Positions 9,522-19,972 of a DNA stretch of 64,000 nt are shown one piece after another (the first letter of the stretch is position 1; each line of letters starts with the position of its first letter). Made by a program: the position numbers and the translations under genes. The notes beneath the pieces were generated by a model, which worked only from the letters and a program-made list of their open reading frames with translations, was not told the origin of the DNA and ran no database searches. The stretch comes from an uncultured Myxococcales bacterium. Lineage in GTDB: Bacteria; Myxococcota; B64-G9. The stretch lies in NCBI GenBank assembly GCA_964561025.1, contig CAZLNM010000012.1:416-64415 (forward strand), given 5' to 3'.

Positions 9522-9800
9522 ATGACCAAGGCGCAGTTGATCGAGGCGGTGTTGAATTCCAAGAACATGCCCAGGATCACCAAGAAGGCCACGGGAGAGA
9601 TCGTGGACGCGGTGTTCAATAACCTGGCCAAGGCCATCCGCAAGGACCGCCGCTTCGTGGTCCCGGGCTTCGGCACTTTCTCGATCCGCAAGCGCAAGGC
9701 CCGCACTGGCCGCAACCCTCGCACCATGAGCGAGATCAAGATCCCGGCCAGCAAGACGGTGCACTTCAAGCCAGCCCCGGATTTCAAGCAGAGCCTGTAG
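9522..9800 (+). CDS. HU/IHF-family nucleoid-associated DNA-binding protein
   Basis: MTKAQLIEAV...GFGTFSIRKRKARTGRNPRT...IPASKTVHFKPA is the HU/IHF fold signature. I moved the start to the Met after a gggagga RBS (codon 30 of the tracked ORF). Confidence 0.88.
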   Translation: MTKAQLIEAVLNSKNMPRITKKATGEIVDAVFNNLAKAIRKDRRFVVPGFGTFSIRKRKARTGRNPRTMSEIKIPASKTVHFKPAPDFKQSL

Positions 9801-9839
9801 CCAGGCTTCGCCGTCCGGTCCGGCGGCTTCGCCGGAGTC

Positions 9840-11033
9840 TTGATGGGGACGGAACGTAACCAGCGCGCGATCAGAGGTCGTCGGGCGGAGTCGGCCCAGA
9901 CGGTGAGGGGAAGGCGCCTGCCTGCGAAGGCGCTAGGATCTCTGCTTTTTTCCCTTCTCGTGACGGGCGCGTGTTCCGGCGGCGGAGCGAACCTGGCCCT
10001 CACCAGGGACCTGCAACAACCGGTCCGCTCGCTGGCGGTCTTGCTGTGGCCCACGCTGGAGCTTCGGCCCGATCGCCTGGATGACATGCTGCTCGGCCTC
10101 GGCGAGGCATTTCGCAAGCAACACGGATTCTTTCCGCTGACGGGGCTTTCCCTGAGCCGGGCAGTGTGGCGTGAACTGGACGGCGCCACCTCCGATTGCC
10201 GGCGCCAGTTTGATCTTTCCCTGGCCGAGGGGCGAAGCGCGTTGCAAGCCCTTCAGCTCACCCGGGCGAAGCAGGGCCTGGCAAAGGCCGAGCAACACCT
10301 GCCCTGGTGCGCGGATGCCCTGCCCGCCGGATCCGCCATCGAGCTATTTGTCCGCCGCGGAATGCTCTCGCTGCTGCAGGCCCAGCCGGAGGCCGCCGAA
10401 GCCGAGTTCCGTAAAGCCGTCTCCCTCGACCCGGAGATCTCGGGGCAACGTCTCGCGCTCAATGCCGACGCCTTGACCGTCTTCGAGCGGGCGCGGCGCC
10501 AGCTCCTTTCCGGCAAGCCGACCTCGACGGTGGTGTTCTCGTGGCCCGAGGGCGCCGCGGTGGAGGTCGATGGCCGGGCGGTGGGGCCGGCCCCGTGCAC
10601 CCTGGCGCTGTTTCCCGGCGTTCACACCGTACGGGTGAGCCTGCCGGGGCACGCCGCCTGGACGCGGATCCTGCCGGACGATCTGCCCCCGGCGGAGCTT
10701 CGCGCCTGGCTGTTCCCGTTGCCCGCCTTCGGCCCGCCTCGCGCCCTGCTGGAGTACTCGCTAGCAAGCGACGCCCTTCCGGCGAAAGCCCAGCAGCAGC
10801 TCGCCGCCCTGGCCCGCGAGTGGAGCGTGGAGGGAGTGTTGCTCGTAGGACTTTGGCGCGGGGAGGGCGGGCTGGAACTCCAGGCGCGCCTGAGCGTCCC
10901 CGGGCAGAACTACCTCGGGGAGCTGCGCGTGTTCCGGGTCAAGGATCCCCCCACTGCAAAGGATCTGGAGATCGTGGTCCGGGCCTTGCCCGAGTTCAAG
11001 ACGAGCGCCGCGTCCAAGCCGCCTCGAAGCTGA
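9840..11033 (+). CDS. PEGA-domain lipoprotein with TPR-like N-terminal region
   Basis: Lipobox LLVTGAC and a PEGA-like segment (VVFSWPEGAAVEVDGRAVGPAPCTLALFPGVHTVRVSLPGHA). The start codon is uncertain. Confidence 0.55.
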   Translation: MMGTERNQRAIRGRRAESAQTVRGRRLPAKALGSLLFSLLVTGACSGGGANLALTRDLQQPVRSLAVLLWPTLELRPDRLDDMLLGLGEAFRKQHGFFPLTGLSLSRAVWRELDGATSDCRRQFDLSLAEGRSALQALQLTRAKQGLAKAEQHLPWCADALPAGSAIELFVRRGMLSLLQAQPEAAEAEFRKAVSLDPEISGQRLALNADALTVFERARRQLLSGKPTSTVVFSWPEGAAVEVDGRAVGPAPCTLALFPGVHTVRVSLPGHAAWTRILPDDLPPAELRAWLFPLPAFGPPRALLEYSLASDALPAKAQQQLAALAREWSVEGVLLVGLWRGEGGLELQARLSVPGQNYLGELRVFRVKDPPTAKDLEIVVRALPEFKTSAASKPPRS

Positions 11034-11046
11034 GGCGGCATGAGAC

Positions 11047-11880
11047 CTAGGGAGCGAGCCCCGTCAGGCGTCGCTCGACCTCCTGAATGACCCAGTCGGG
11101 CGTGGACGCTCCGGAGATCAGGCCGACGCTATCGACTCCGGAGAGCATGGAGGGGGAGAGTTCCGCCGCTTGCTCGATCTGGAGTGTGCGCGGCTGGAGG
11201 CGGCGGCAGATCTGGGTCAGGCGGCTGGTGTTGGCGCTCTCGCGCCCGCCGATCACCAGCACCAGGCCCACTTCGCCGGCCAGGCGCGACGCCTCCTCCT
11301 GGCGCCGGGCCGCGTCCTGGCAGATGGTGTCGCGGATGTCGGCGTCCGGGAAGCGGCGGCGCACCTCTTCCGCCAGCGCGGCGAAGGCTTGCCGCTCCTG
11401 GGTGGTCTGAGCCACCAGGCCCAGCGGGTGGGACGGACGCAACACCGCGAGGTCTTCCGGGCCCCGGATCACCTCGAGGCCAGCGGCGGCGAAACTCAGG
11501 ATGGCCTGGACCTCGGGGTGGCGGCGATCCCCGTGGAGCAGCACCTCGCGGCCCTGCTGCTGCAATGAGAGCACGATCTCCTTGCAGCGCGTGACGTGGG
11601 GGCAGGTGGCGTCCACCAGCGTGACGTTCAGCGCCCGGGCCCGGGCGATGTCCTCGGCTCTGGCGCCGTGCGAGCGGATGATCACCGTTTCATTGGCGCA
11701 GGACTCGATTGAGTCCGCGACCCGGATGCCCAGGCTCTCCAGGCGTGCGACCTCCTGGCGGTTGTGGATCAGCGGCCCCAGGGAGCAGATGGGGCCCCGC
11801 TCCGCCCGGCGTACCGCGAGTTCGATGGCGCGGCGCACGCCGTAACAGAAGCCGATGCCGCGGGCCCGCACGATGCGCAT
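11047..11880 (-). CDS. ispH: 4-hydroxy-3-methylbut-2-enyl diphosphate reductase
   Basis: GFCYGVRRAIE, TCPHVTRC and VIGGRESANTSRL are the IspH/LytB conserved Cys and motif contexts. Confidence 0.88.
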   Translation of the reverse strand: MRIVRARGIGFCYGVRRAIELAVRRAERGPICSLGPLIHNRQEVARLESLGIRVADSIESCANETVIIRSHGARAEDIARARALNVTLVDATCPHVTRCKEIVLSLQQQGREVLLHGDRRHPEVQAILSFAAAGLEVIRGPEDLAVLRPSHPLGLVAQTTQERQAFAALAEEVRRRFPDADIRDTICQDAARRQEEASRLAGEVGLVLVIGGRESANTSRLTQICRRLQPRTLQIEQAAELSPSMLSGVDSVGLISGASTPDWVIQEVERRLTGLAP

Positions 11881-11900
11881 GCGCGCCTCCTCGATCCCGG

Positions 11901-12269
11901 CTAGCGCCCCGCCTCGAAGGCGTTGCGGATGAGTTCGATGGGGCCGCCCTCTCCCAGCACCGCCACCACGTCGAACCGGATCATGGTGTCGCGCACCTTG
12001 TGCTTCTGGCAGTAGAGCATGGCCACCCGCACCACCTGCCGCTGCTTGCGGCGGTTGACCGTGGCGGCGGGGTGCACCGCGCTGGCATCGCGCCGCGAGC
12101 GCACCTCGACGAACACCAGCGTGTCGCCCTCCATGGCCACGATGTCCACCTCGCCCAGGCGGGTGCGCAGGTTCCGCTCCAGGATACGATACCCTCGCTC
12201 GGTCAGGAAGGCGGCGGCCCGTTCCTCCGCCTCCTGGCCGAAGAGGTGCCGGGGATCGGAATCGCTCAT
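11901..12269 (-). CDS. yraN: YraN-family (UPF0102) endonuclease-like protein
   Basis: GQEAEERAAAFLTERGYRILERNLRTRLGEVDIVA...LVFVEVRSRR is the YraN signature. I trimmed the start to ATG 12269; the upstream part of the tracked ORF overlaps the neighbouring gene. Confidence 0.8.
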   Translation of the reverse strand: MSDSDPRHLFGQEAEERAAAFLTERGYRILERNLRTRLGEVDIVAMEGDTLVFVEVRSRRDASAVHPAATVNRRKQRQVVRVAMLYCQKHKVRDTMIRFDVVAVLGEGGPIELIRNAFEAGR

Positions 12270-13777
12270 ATCTGGGGCCCCTTTCCCAGCGGGGTGCGAT
12301 CGAAGGGACAGAAACGCGCCCCGGCGGGAAGGGTCCGGCCGCAGCCAGGGCACGTCACTCCGGCCGGTGGTGGAGCTGTGGCGGCAGGGGCGGGAGCGCG
12401 ATCGAAGGGACAGAAGCGAGCCCCCGCAGGGAGCGCGCGCCCACACTCGGTGCAGAACGCCCGACCCGTGCCCGCATCCGGCGCTCTCGCGGCCGCGCGG
12501 GGGAGGGCCTGGACGGTGGGCAGCGATTCGAGGGGGACCTCTCGCGGCGGCGACGGGACGGTCGCGGGGAGGGCCGGATGGCTCTTCTTGCGCCGGCGGA
12601 GGCCGACGACCAAGGCGGCGCACAACGAGAGAGCGATGGCGCCTGCAACCGCGAACCAGGCCCAGCGAAGTTCGCCGCTCGCTTCTCGGCCGGGGGTAGG
12701 GGAGGCCGCGGCCGCGGGCATTGCGATGGGGCGCGTGACGGGTGGAGGCGAAGGCGGCACCTGTTCCGGCGGCGGAGCCTCGGCGGGTCTCTCCGTTTCA
12801 TCGGGCGCTGGCGCGGCCACGCTCGGTGCCGCTTCCGGCGGGACGGGTCGTGGCGTGCTGGGCTCCAGGCGACGCAGGATGACGAGCTGTAAGATGACCC
12901 GTTGGCCCTGGGAGTGGACCTCGATCCGGCGCGTGCCGCCCGGGGCGCGCTCGGTCACGCGCAGGCATCCGTCCGGGGTCCAGGCCACGCCGGGCACCGG
13001 CTCGGCGGGGGTCGGTTCCGGGCGCACCGGGAGCGGGCACCCGGCGGCGTCCCGCCCTTCCAGCCGGGGGCAGAACACCTCTCCCACCAGGACCTGCGCC
13101 CGGTCGGGATTCACGCGCAGCGTGCGGATCGGGCCCGGGGCCCGGCAGGGATCTTGAGAGTCCGGCGGCGCGCCCGCGTCGGCAGGGGTGGCCTCGATCG
13201 CCTCCGCTTTCGCGAGGGCGACCGGGCCGGCGTCGGCGGACGCGGGAGGCGGCTCGGCGGCGGCCTCGCCGGCCGGGGCGGCGAGGCGCCGGTAACGGCG
13301 TTGCACCCGCCGCGTATGCACGCACAGGGCGCCCTGGTTGGCGCGCGAGAAACGGGTCGTCTCGCGGTACTCGATCACCTCCGGCGAGATCACGCGGAAC
13401 GAGTACAGCCCGCTCTCGTAGTCGAGGGCGTCGTCCGCGGTGGAGCAGTTCTTGAGGTACAGGCCCTCCTTGAGGGTCATCTCGCGGGGACGGATCCCGG
13501 GGTGGGAGGATTGGCAGTCGCTGGTGGAGAAGCTCTCTTGCGGCGACGAGAAACGCAGCTCCACCCCCCGATCCTCGACGGTGAAGGTGCGTCCGCGGTC
13601 GCGCCGGCCCGGGCTCTGCGGGGCCTCTCCGCAGCGGGTGTCCCACTGCTCCACCGAGCGGATGTCCTCCTCGAACTCCTCACGCCACTGCCCGGTGAGG
13701 TTCTCCCGGGCCAGGGCCGGGCCGTCACAAAGAAGCAGCACGGCAAAGAACAGCCAGCGCATTTCGCGCCACGTCAT
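12266..13777 (-). CDS. single-pass membrane protein: secreted N-terminal domain, Pro-rich linker, TM, cytoplasmic tandem zinc-ribbon tail
   Basis: Signal peptide (WLFFAVLLLCDGPALA), a TM segment (WAWFAVAGAIALSLCAALVVGL-RRRKK), then two near-identical CxxC...FCPFDR zinc-ribbon units. 4-nt overlap with yraN. No family recognised for the ectodomain. Confidence 0.6.
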   Translation of the reverse strand: MTWREMRWLFFAVLLLCDGPALARENLTGQWREEFEEDIRSVEQWDTRCGEAPQSPGRRDRGRTFTVEDRGVELRFSSPQESFSTSDCQSSHPGIRPREMTLKEGLYLKNCSTADDALDYESGLYSFRVISPEVIEYRETTRFSRANQGALCVHTRRVQRRYRRLAAPAGEAAAEPPPASADAGPVALAKAEAIEATPADAGAPPDSQDPCRAPGPIRTLRVNPDRAQVLVGEVFCPRLEGRDAAGCPLPVRPEPTPAEPVPGVAWTPDGCLRVTERAPGGTRRIEVHSQGQRVILQLVILRRLEPSTPRPVPPEAAPSVAAPAPDETERPAEAPPPEQVPPSPPPVTRPIAMPAAAASPTPGREASGELRWAWFAVAGAIALSLCAALVVGLRRRKKSHPALPATVPSPPREVPLESLPTVQALPRAAARAPDAGTGRAFCTECGRALPAGARFCPFDRAPAPAATAPPPAGVTCPGCGRTLPAGARFCPFDRTPLGKGPQI

Positions 13778-13783
13778 GGGGCC

Positions 13784-15241
13784 TCAGGAGAAAAGCGCCT
13801 TGACGAAGGGCTCGGGCTCGAAGGGCCGCAGATCCTCCACCTGCTCGCCGATGCCGATGTAGCGGACCGGGATGCCGAAGGTGTCGCAGATGCCGATGAT
13901 CACGCCGCCCTTGGCCGTGCCGTCGAGCTTGGTGAGCGCGATGCCGGTCACGTTCAGCGAGGAGTGGAACTCCTTGGCCTGGTTGATGGCGTTCTGGCCG
14001 GTGGTGGCGTCCAGCACCAGCAGCACCTCGTGCGGTGCCCCCTCCATGGCCTTGCCGCATACCCGGTGGACCTTGCGCAGCTCCTCGACCAGGTTCACCC
14101 GGGTGTGCAGGCGCCCGGCGGTGTCGGCGATGACCACGTCCGCCTGTTGCGAGCGCGCCGCCGAGATGGCGTCGAACACCACCGAGGCCGGGTCGGCGCC
14201 CTCCTGGCCGCGGATCACCTGGGAGCCGGCGCGCTGACCCCAGATGGTGAGCTGTTCGGCGGCGGCCGCCCGGAAGGTGTCGCCGGCCGCCAGGATCACC
14301 TTGCGCCCGGCGCGGGTGTGCTGCAAGGCCAGCTTGCCGATGGTGGTGGTCTTTCCGGTGCCGTTCACCCCCACGACCAGGATCACGTGCGGGCGGTGGA
14401 CCCCGATCTCGGGCACGTTCGATGGCACGGCCAGGATCTGGCGGATGCGCTCCTGCAAGGCGGCGAACAGCCGGGCGCTGTCGGCCAGCTCCTTTCGGGA
14501 CAGCGCGTCTTGCACGAAGTCGATGAGCTTCTGGCTGGTGCGCACCCCGATGTCCGCGGTGAACAGGATCTCCTCCACCTGCTCCATGTCGGCCGCGCTC
14601 AGCTCTTTGCGGCCGAACAGGCGGCCCAGGCGCGAGAAGACCCCCTCGCGGGTCTTCTGTAGCCCATCCTCGAGCGAGCGCGGCTTGTCGGCCGGCACCG
14701 CCACGGGACGGGGCGGCGCCGGGGACGGCGCGGGAGGCGCCGGGGCGGGCACGGGCGCAACGTCGCTGCTCGCCTCCGGTGCGCTCGCCGGCGGAGGCAC
14801 CGGGGCGGGCGCGGCGGCGGGCTCGAGCCCCGCCGGCGGGGCAGGGGGGGGCGGCGCCTCGGCCAGGGCGTCCAGCAAGACGTTGCGAGCCGGCGCGCTG
14901 CGGGCGTCGAGGCGCTCGCGGGACTTCTGCAAGAGCTCGTCCTGCAACGCGGGGAGCTCTTCGGCCGGAGCGGACGCCTCCTCGTCCTCCTCCTCGTCCT
15001 CGGTGCGGCGGCGGGCCTCCGCCCACAGCCGCAGGTTCTCCGCGGCCTCGCGCTCGTCCTCGGTGAGATCCCCCAGCCGGCCGCGTACGTTGCCGAGGCG
15101 GCGCCGCACCACCGCCACCAAGAGCCACACGAAGAACGCCACCACGGCGCAGAACACCAGGATGGCCCACACGTCCCCGGACGAGGTGGCCGCCGGCTCC
15201 TCCGGAACGCTGGCGGCGGCGGCTGGCAGAAGGTGTCTCAT
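13784..15241 (-). CDS. ftsY: signal recognition particle receptor FtsY
   Basis: GVNGTGKTTTIGKLA, DTAGRLH and TKLDGTAKGG form the SRP GTPase NG domain. The N-terminus has a TM segment and an acidic A-domain. Confidence 0.92.
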   Translation of the reverse strand: MRHLLPAAAASVPEEPAATSSGDVWAILVFCAVVAFFVWLLVAVVRRRLGNVRGRLGDLTEDEREAAENLRLWAEARRRTEDEEEDEEASAPAEELPALQDELLQKSRERLDARSAPARNVLLDALAEAPPPPAPPAGLEPAAAPAPVPPPASAPEASSDVAPVPAPAPPAPSPAPPRPVAVPADKPRSLEDGLQKTREGVFSRLGRLFGRKELSAADMEQVEEILFTADIGVRTSQKLIDFVQDALSRKELADSARLFAALQERIRQILAVPSNVPEIGVHRPHVILVVGVNGTGKTTTIGKLALQHTRAGRKVILAAGDTFRAAAAEQLTIWGQRAGSQVIRGQEGADPASVVFDAISAARSQQADVVIADTAGRLHTRVNLVEELRKVHRVCGKAMEGAPHEVLLVLDATTGQNAINQAKEFHSSLNVTGIALTKLDGTAKGGVIIGICDTFGIPVRYIGIGEQVEDLRPFEPEPFVKALFS

Positions 15242-15301
15242 GCGGTCTTGCTACCCCGAAATCCGGCGCGCATCAAGGGGGAAGTGCCCCGCCCGCGGGG
15301 T

Positions 15302-18300
15302 TCAGGCGGCCTGCTCGGCCTTCGGCGCGTCGATGTCCTTGAGCTGGACCGCGATCATGGTGGAGACGCCGGGCTCCTCCATGGTCACGCCGTACAGGCG
15401 GTCCACCGTCTCCATGGTGCGCTTGTTGTGGGTGATGATGATGAACTGGCTGGTCTTGGACATCTCGCGGATCATGGCGTTCACCCGGTCGATGTTCACC
15501 TCGTCCAGCGGCGCATCCACTTCGTCCAGCAGACAGAAGGGCGTGGGCTTCACCAGGAAGATGGAGAACAGCAACGCCACCGCGGTCAGGGCCTTCTCGC
15601 CGCCCGACAGAAGCTCGATGTTCTGCAGCTTCTTGCCGGGGGGCTGTGCCACGATGTCCACCCCGGCCTCGAGCACGTCCTGCACCTCCTCGAGCGCCAG
15701 GTGGGCCCGCCCGCCGTTGAACAGGCGCGGGAAGATCTCCTGGAACTTGAGGTTGATGGCGTCGAAGGCCTCGCGGAAGCGCTTGCGGCTGGCGCGGTTG
15801 ATCTTCTGGATGACCGCCTCCAGCTTCTCCAGGGAGTCCTGCAGATCCCGGCTCTGCGTGGACAAGAACTCGTGGCGCTGCTTGAGCCGCTCGTACTCCT
15901 CCACCGCGCCGGGGTTGACGTCGCCCATGCGCTCCATGGCCGAGCGCAGCTTGGCGGCGCGGGCCAGATCCTCTTCGTCCGGCGGGGGCATCAGGTGGTA
16001 GCGGCTGACGCACTCGCCAAGCTCGGTGCGGTGCGCGCGGCGGACGTCCTCCACCAGGTGCGAGAGCGCCAGCTCGCTCTCCTGGAGGCGCAGCCCGATC
16101 TCGCCCAGGCGGGAGCGGCCTTCGTCCAGCTCGCGGCGCTCGTTCTTCTGCAGCGATTCGTCCGCCCCGATGGAGGCCAACAGCTCCTCGTAGCGCTGGC
16201 GCCGTAGCGCCAGCTCCTTCTGATCGCACTCCTTGCGGTTGAGGAGTGCCGCGATCTCCTGGCGGCTCTCCTCGATCTGGGAGCGGCTGCGGTTCACCTG
16301 CTGGTTGTCCTGGTTGACCTCCTGCCGCAGGCGCGAGAGCCTCTCCTGGATCTCGGCGCGGGTGGCCTGCATCGCCTCCTGGCGCCGGCGGGAGGACTGT
16401 AGCCGCTCCTGCCCGGCCGCCGCCCGCACCTTGAGATCCAGGCACTCCTGGCTGAGGCGGGCCAGCTCGGCGCGCTCTCGCTCCAGGCGCTCGCGCAGCT
16501 CGCGCAGCCCCTCGTCCAGGCGCGCCTGCTCCCGGGTCAGCTCTTCCTGCTGCCGCAGAAGCTCGCCGCGCTCTTCCCGGCAGCGGTCGCGCTGCGCCTC
16601 CTGTTCGAGCTTCTCCCGGCGCAGGGCGGCCAACCGCTCCTCCTGGCGCGCCATCTCTGAATCCAGGTGGTGCAGGTCCTTTTCCCGGTCCACGATGCGG
16701 ATCTCTTCCTCGTGGGAGTTCTGGCGCAACGAGTCGAGCGCCGAGTGCGCCGAGGAGAGCTGCGCCTTCATCTGGCCCATGGCCGCCTGCACCAGGGCGT
16801 ACTGGGCCTCGAGGTCCTGGAGCGAATCGGAGAGCTCCCGGATCTGGCGCTTGTGGGCGAGCAGGTGGGCGCCCGGCCCTTCCAGGGAGCCGCCGGTGAG
16901 CACCCCCTCCGGCTCGAGCACCTCGCCGTCCAGCGTGACCAGGGTGGCCTTGTGCCCGTTGCTGCGCCACACGGCCAGCGCGCTGGAGAGGTCCTCCACC
17001 ACCACCACGTCGCCGAGCAGGTAGCGCACCACGCCCTCGTACTGGGGCTCGAAGGCCATCAGCGTGCGCATGGGGCCGATCACCCCGGGGCCGTGGACGG
17101 TCTCGGCGCTCACCTCGTACACCGGGTCGCGCAGCGAGAGCGGGATGAAGGACGAGCGTCCCTGGGACTCGGCCTTCAGGTAGTCGATGGCCGCCAGGCC
17201 CGCCTCCTGGGAGCGCACCACCACGCCCTGTAGCCGATCCCCGAGCACCGCCTGCACCGCCGTCTCGTAGCGCGGCGGCGCTTGCAGCACGTCGGCCACC
17301 AGGCCCACCACCCGATCCTGCTCGGATTGCTCGCGCGCCTTCATCATGACCTGGCGCACGCCGTTCTGGCAGCCCTCGAAGTCGCGCATGATCTGCTGGA
17401 GGGAACCCAGCCGCGAGCGCTTGTCGGAGATCTCCTCTCGCAGCGCCATGGCGCGGGCCTCGGTCTGGGCGAGCTGCGAGCGCAGGTCGGCGAGCTGGTT
17501 CTCCTCGGCGGCGCGGCGCTCGGTGAGGTTCAGGTGGAGCTGCTTGCGCTCGGACAGATCCCGCCGGGCGTTGGCCCGCTGGCTCGCCAGCTCGGCGAGG
17601 TATTTCTCCAGGGCGGCGGCCTCCCCCTCCAGTTGGCCGAGGCGGGTTTCGCGGTCGATGAGGCGTTGCTCGAGCGCCGTCTGACGGCTGCGCAGCTCCC
17701 CGGTCTGGGTGCCGAGCTGGAGCTGCCGGGACCGATCACCCTCCAGCGTCGTCTCGATCTCGCGCACCCGGGCCTCTTGCTGGCCCTGTTGTTCGGCCCG
17801 TTCCCGCAGGCGCAGCTCGGCTCCGGCCGCCTGGGCCTCCACCTCGGCGAGCTCCCGCTCGGCCTGCTCGGCCTCGCGCTCGATCTGCCCGACGCGCGCG
17901 TGGAGCGTCTCGATCTCGTTGGCCGACTCCTGGCTGCGGCTCCCGGCGGCCTGGATCTCGCGGTTCAGAAACTCCACGTTCTGCTCGTGCAACCGGATCT
18001 GGTTGTCGGTCGAGAGCAGCCGCTCCTGCATCTCCGAGAGCCCGCGCTCTTCCTCCATCAAGATAAGGCGGCGTTCCTCGATGGAGGCCTCGCGGGAGGC
18101 GATGCGCGACTGCAACGCCGCTCCCTGATCGGAGAGCGCCTGCTGCTTCTGGGAGAGGTGGCGGCGGATGACCGAGAGCTCGAGGAAGCGGTGGGTGGCG
18201 GAGCGCAGCTCGACCTCGCGGACCTGCTCCTTGAGCTTGAGGTACCGGGCCGCCTTGCGCGCCTGGCGTTGGAGGGCATCCAGGTTGCGGCCGATCTCGG

Positions 18301-18885
18301 TCACGACGTCGTTCACGCGGAGCAGGTTCTGCCGGGTGAGCTCCATCTTGCGCTCGGCCACCTTGCGGCGGGCCCGGTACTTGCTCACCCCGGCGGCTTC
18401 CTCGATGACCACGCGGCGATCCTGCGGTTTCAGCGACACCAGCAGGCCGATCTGACCCTGGCCGATGATGGAGTAGGCCCGGGTGCCCACGCCGGTGCCC
18501 ATGAACAGCTCCTGCACGTCCAGCAGCCGGCAGGCGGTCTTGTTGATGGAATACTCGCTCTCCCCGGAGCGGAACAGCCGCCGGCTCACCGTGATCTCCG
18601 AGTACTGGGCGTACTCCGGCGGCACGTTGTGGCCGTCGTTCTCGAACGTGAGCGCCACCTCGGCCATCCCCATGGGAGGCTTGGACTCGCTGCCGGCGAA
18701 GATGACGTCCTCCATGCTCTTGCCGCGCAGCATGCGCACGCTCTGCTCGCCCATGACCCAGCGGATGGCGTCCACCAGGTTGCTCTTGCCGCACCCGTTG
18801 GGGCCGACGATCCCCGTCATGCCATCGTCGAAGCGCAGGCGAGTGCGCTCCATGAACGACTTGAACCCGAAAAGCTCCATCCGCC
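15302..18885 (-). CDS. smc: chromosome segregation protein SMC
   Basis: FGFKSF...GPNGCGKSN Walker A, long coiled coils, a hinge, and C-terminal LSGGEKALTAVALLF...LDEVDAPLD. I prefer the TTG start at 18885, which gives MKLRRMELFGFKSF after a gagagg RBS. The tracked ORF extends to 18955. Confidence 0.9.
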
Positions 18886-19067
18886 GCAGTTTCAAGGTGT
18901 ACCTCTCAATCGACTCGAGCCATCGGCACTCGAACACGCGTGCCACGTATGGCAAGGTATTTCAATGTACCGTCACGAATGGTCACACCCAGACGTGACA
19001 GTCGGTTTGGATACCCCTATCACATGCCAGTCTTGCTGTAAAGCAGAAAATCCAATCCGCGGTATGA

Positions 19068-19958
19068 TCAGGCGAGAGGGACCACAATATCTGGTGGAGA
19101 AAGCCGGCAGAGCTCGATGAACTTCGGGTCCTTTCGAACCGCATCGAAGCGAGAGTCCTCATCCAGCCAGTTTTGAACCGTCTGAATGTCCGAGTGCAGC
19201 GCGGGTTTCAGGTGCTCGAAGCATTCTTCGGTGCGGCGCCCGAGCGCGGCCGCCGCCGCCAGGTTGTAGTGGGCGTAGAGGTTCTCGGGATCCCTCTTCA
19301 GCACCCGCGAAAGGTGCTGGGCGCCTTCCTCGAGAAATCCGGCTTGGACGAAGGCCACGCCCAGATCGATGAGGATGTCGAGATCGTCGGGTTGCATCTG
19401 GGAGGCGGCGCGGAGGAACCCGATGGCCTCGTGGACCCGCCCGGTATCCGAGAGCAGGTTGCCGAGCTCGTGGTTGGCGGTCGGATTGCGCGGGTCCTTT
19501 TCGATGGCGCTTCGCAGGGCCTTTTCGGCGGGCTCGAACTCGCCGCGGTCCATGAGCGTGATGGCCAGCTGGATCAAAGCGTCCACGTGCTCGGGCTCGT
19601 GACGCAGCACGTGCTCCAGCTCCTGCACCGCGAGGTTGCTGCCGTGGACGCTCAAAAAGAACCCCAAATGATAGCGGGCCGACTCGTTGTCGGGGGCCAC
19701 CCGCACCGCGTCCACCAGGTCGGACAGGGCCTCCAGGAGCTTTCCCTGCTCGATGTACACGCTGGCGCGGTTGATGCGAGGGAACGGCGCCAGCGGATCC
19801 AGGGCCAGCGCGCGCGAGAACTCCTGCATGGCCTCGTCCAGGAAGCCCCGGTCGGCGAGCTCGATGCCGTGGAGGTTGTGGCTGTCGGGGTTGCCGGGCT
19901 CTTTGGTTCTTCGCCGTTTCACGGCGCGCAGTCTAGATCCGCGCGGATGGTGCGTCAA
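19068..19958 (-). CDS. TPR-repeat protein
   Basis: Repeated 34-residue A/Y/L patterns throughout (for example AMQEFSRALALDP, EALSDLVDAVRVAPDN, ALRSAIEKDPRNP). Confidence 0.7.
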   Translation of the reverse strand: MTHHPRGSRLRAVKRRRTKEPGNPDSHNLHGIELADRGFLDEAMQEFSRALALDPLAPFPRINRASVYIEQGKLLEALSDLVDAVRVAPDNESARYHLGFFLSVHGSNLAVQELEHVLRHEPEHVDALIQLAITLMDRGEFEPAEKALRSAIEKDPRNPTANHELGNLLSDTGRVHEAIGFLRAASQMQPDDLDILIDLGVAFVQAGFLEEGAQHLSRVLKRDPENLYAHYNLAAAAALGRRTEECFEHLKPALHSDIQTVQNWLDEDSRFDAVRKDPKFIELCRLSPPDIVVPLA

Positions 19959-19972
19959 GCGCGCCGCGCCGC

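Noticed and set aside
12270-12623. 118-codon N-terminal extension of the yraN ORF (11901..12623)
   Set aside because: It overlaps the 3' end of the zinc-ribbon membrane protein gene in another frame. Its translation is Pro/Arg/Gly-rich, and YraN proteins are about 120 aa.
12902-19120. Long plus-strand ORFs opposite ftsY and smc (12902..14662, 14244..16001, 15233..16207, 17282..19120), and off-frame minus ORFs (13725..15170, 15273..16970)
   Set aside because: They are shadow frames of FtsY and SMC, which carry canonical GTPase and ABC-type motifs.
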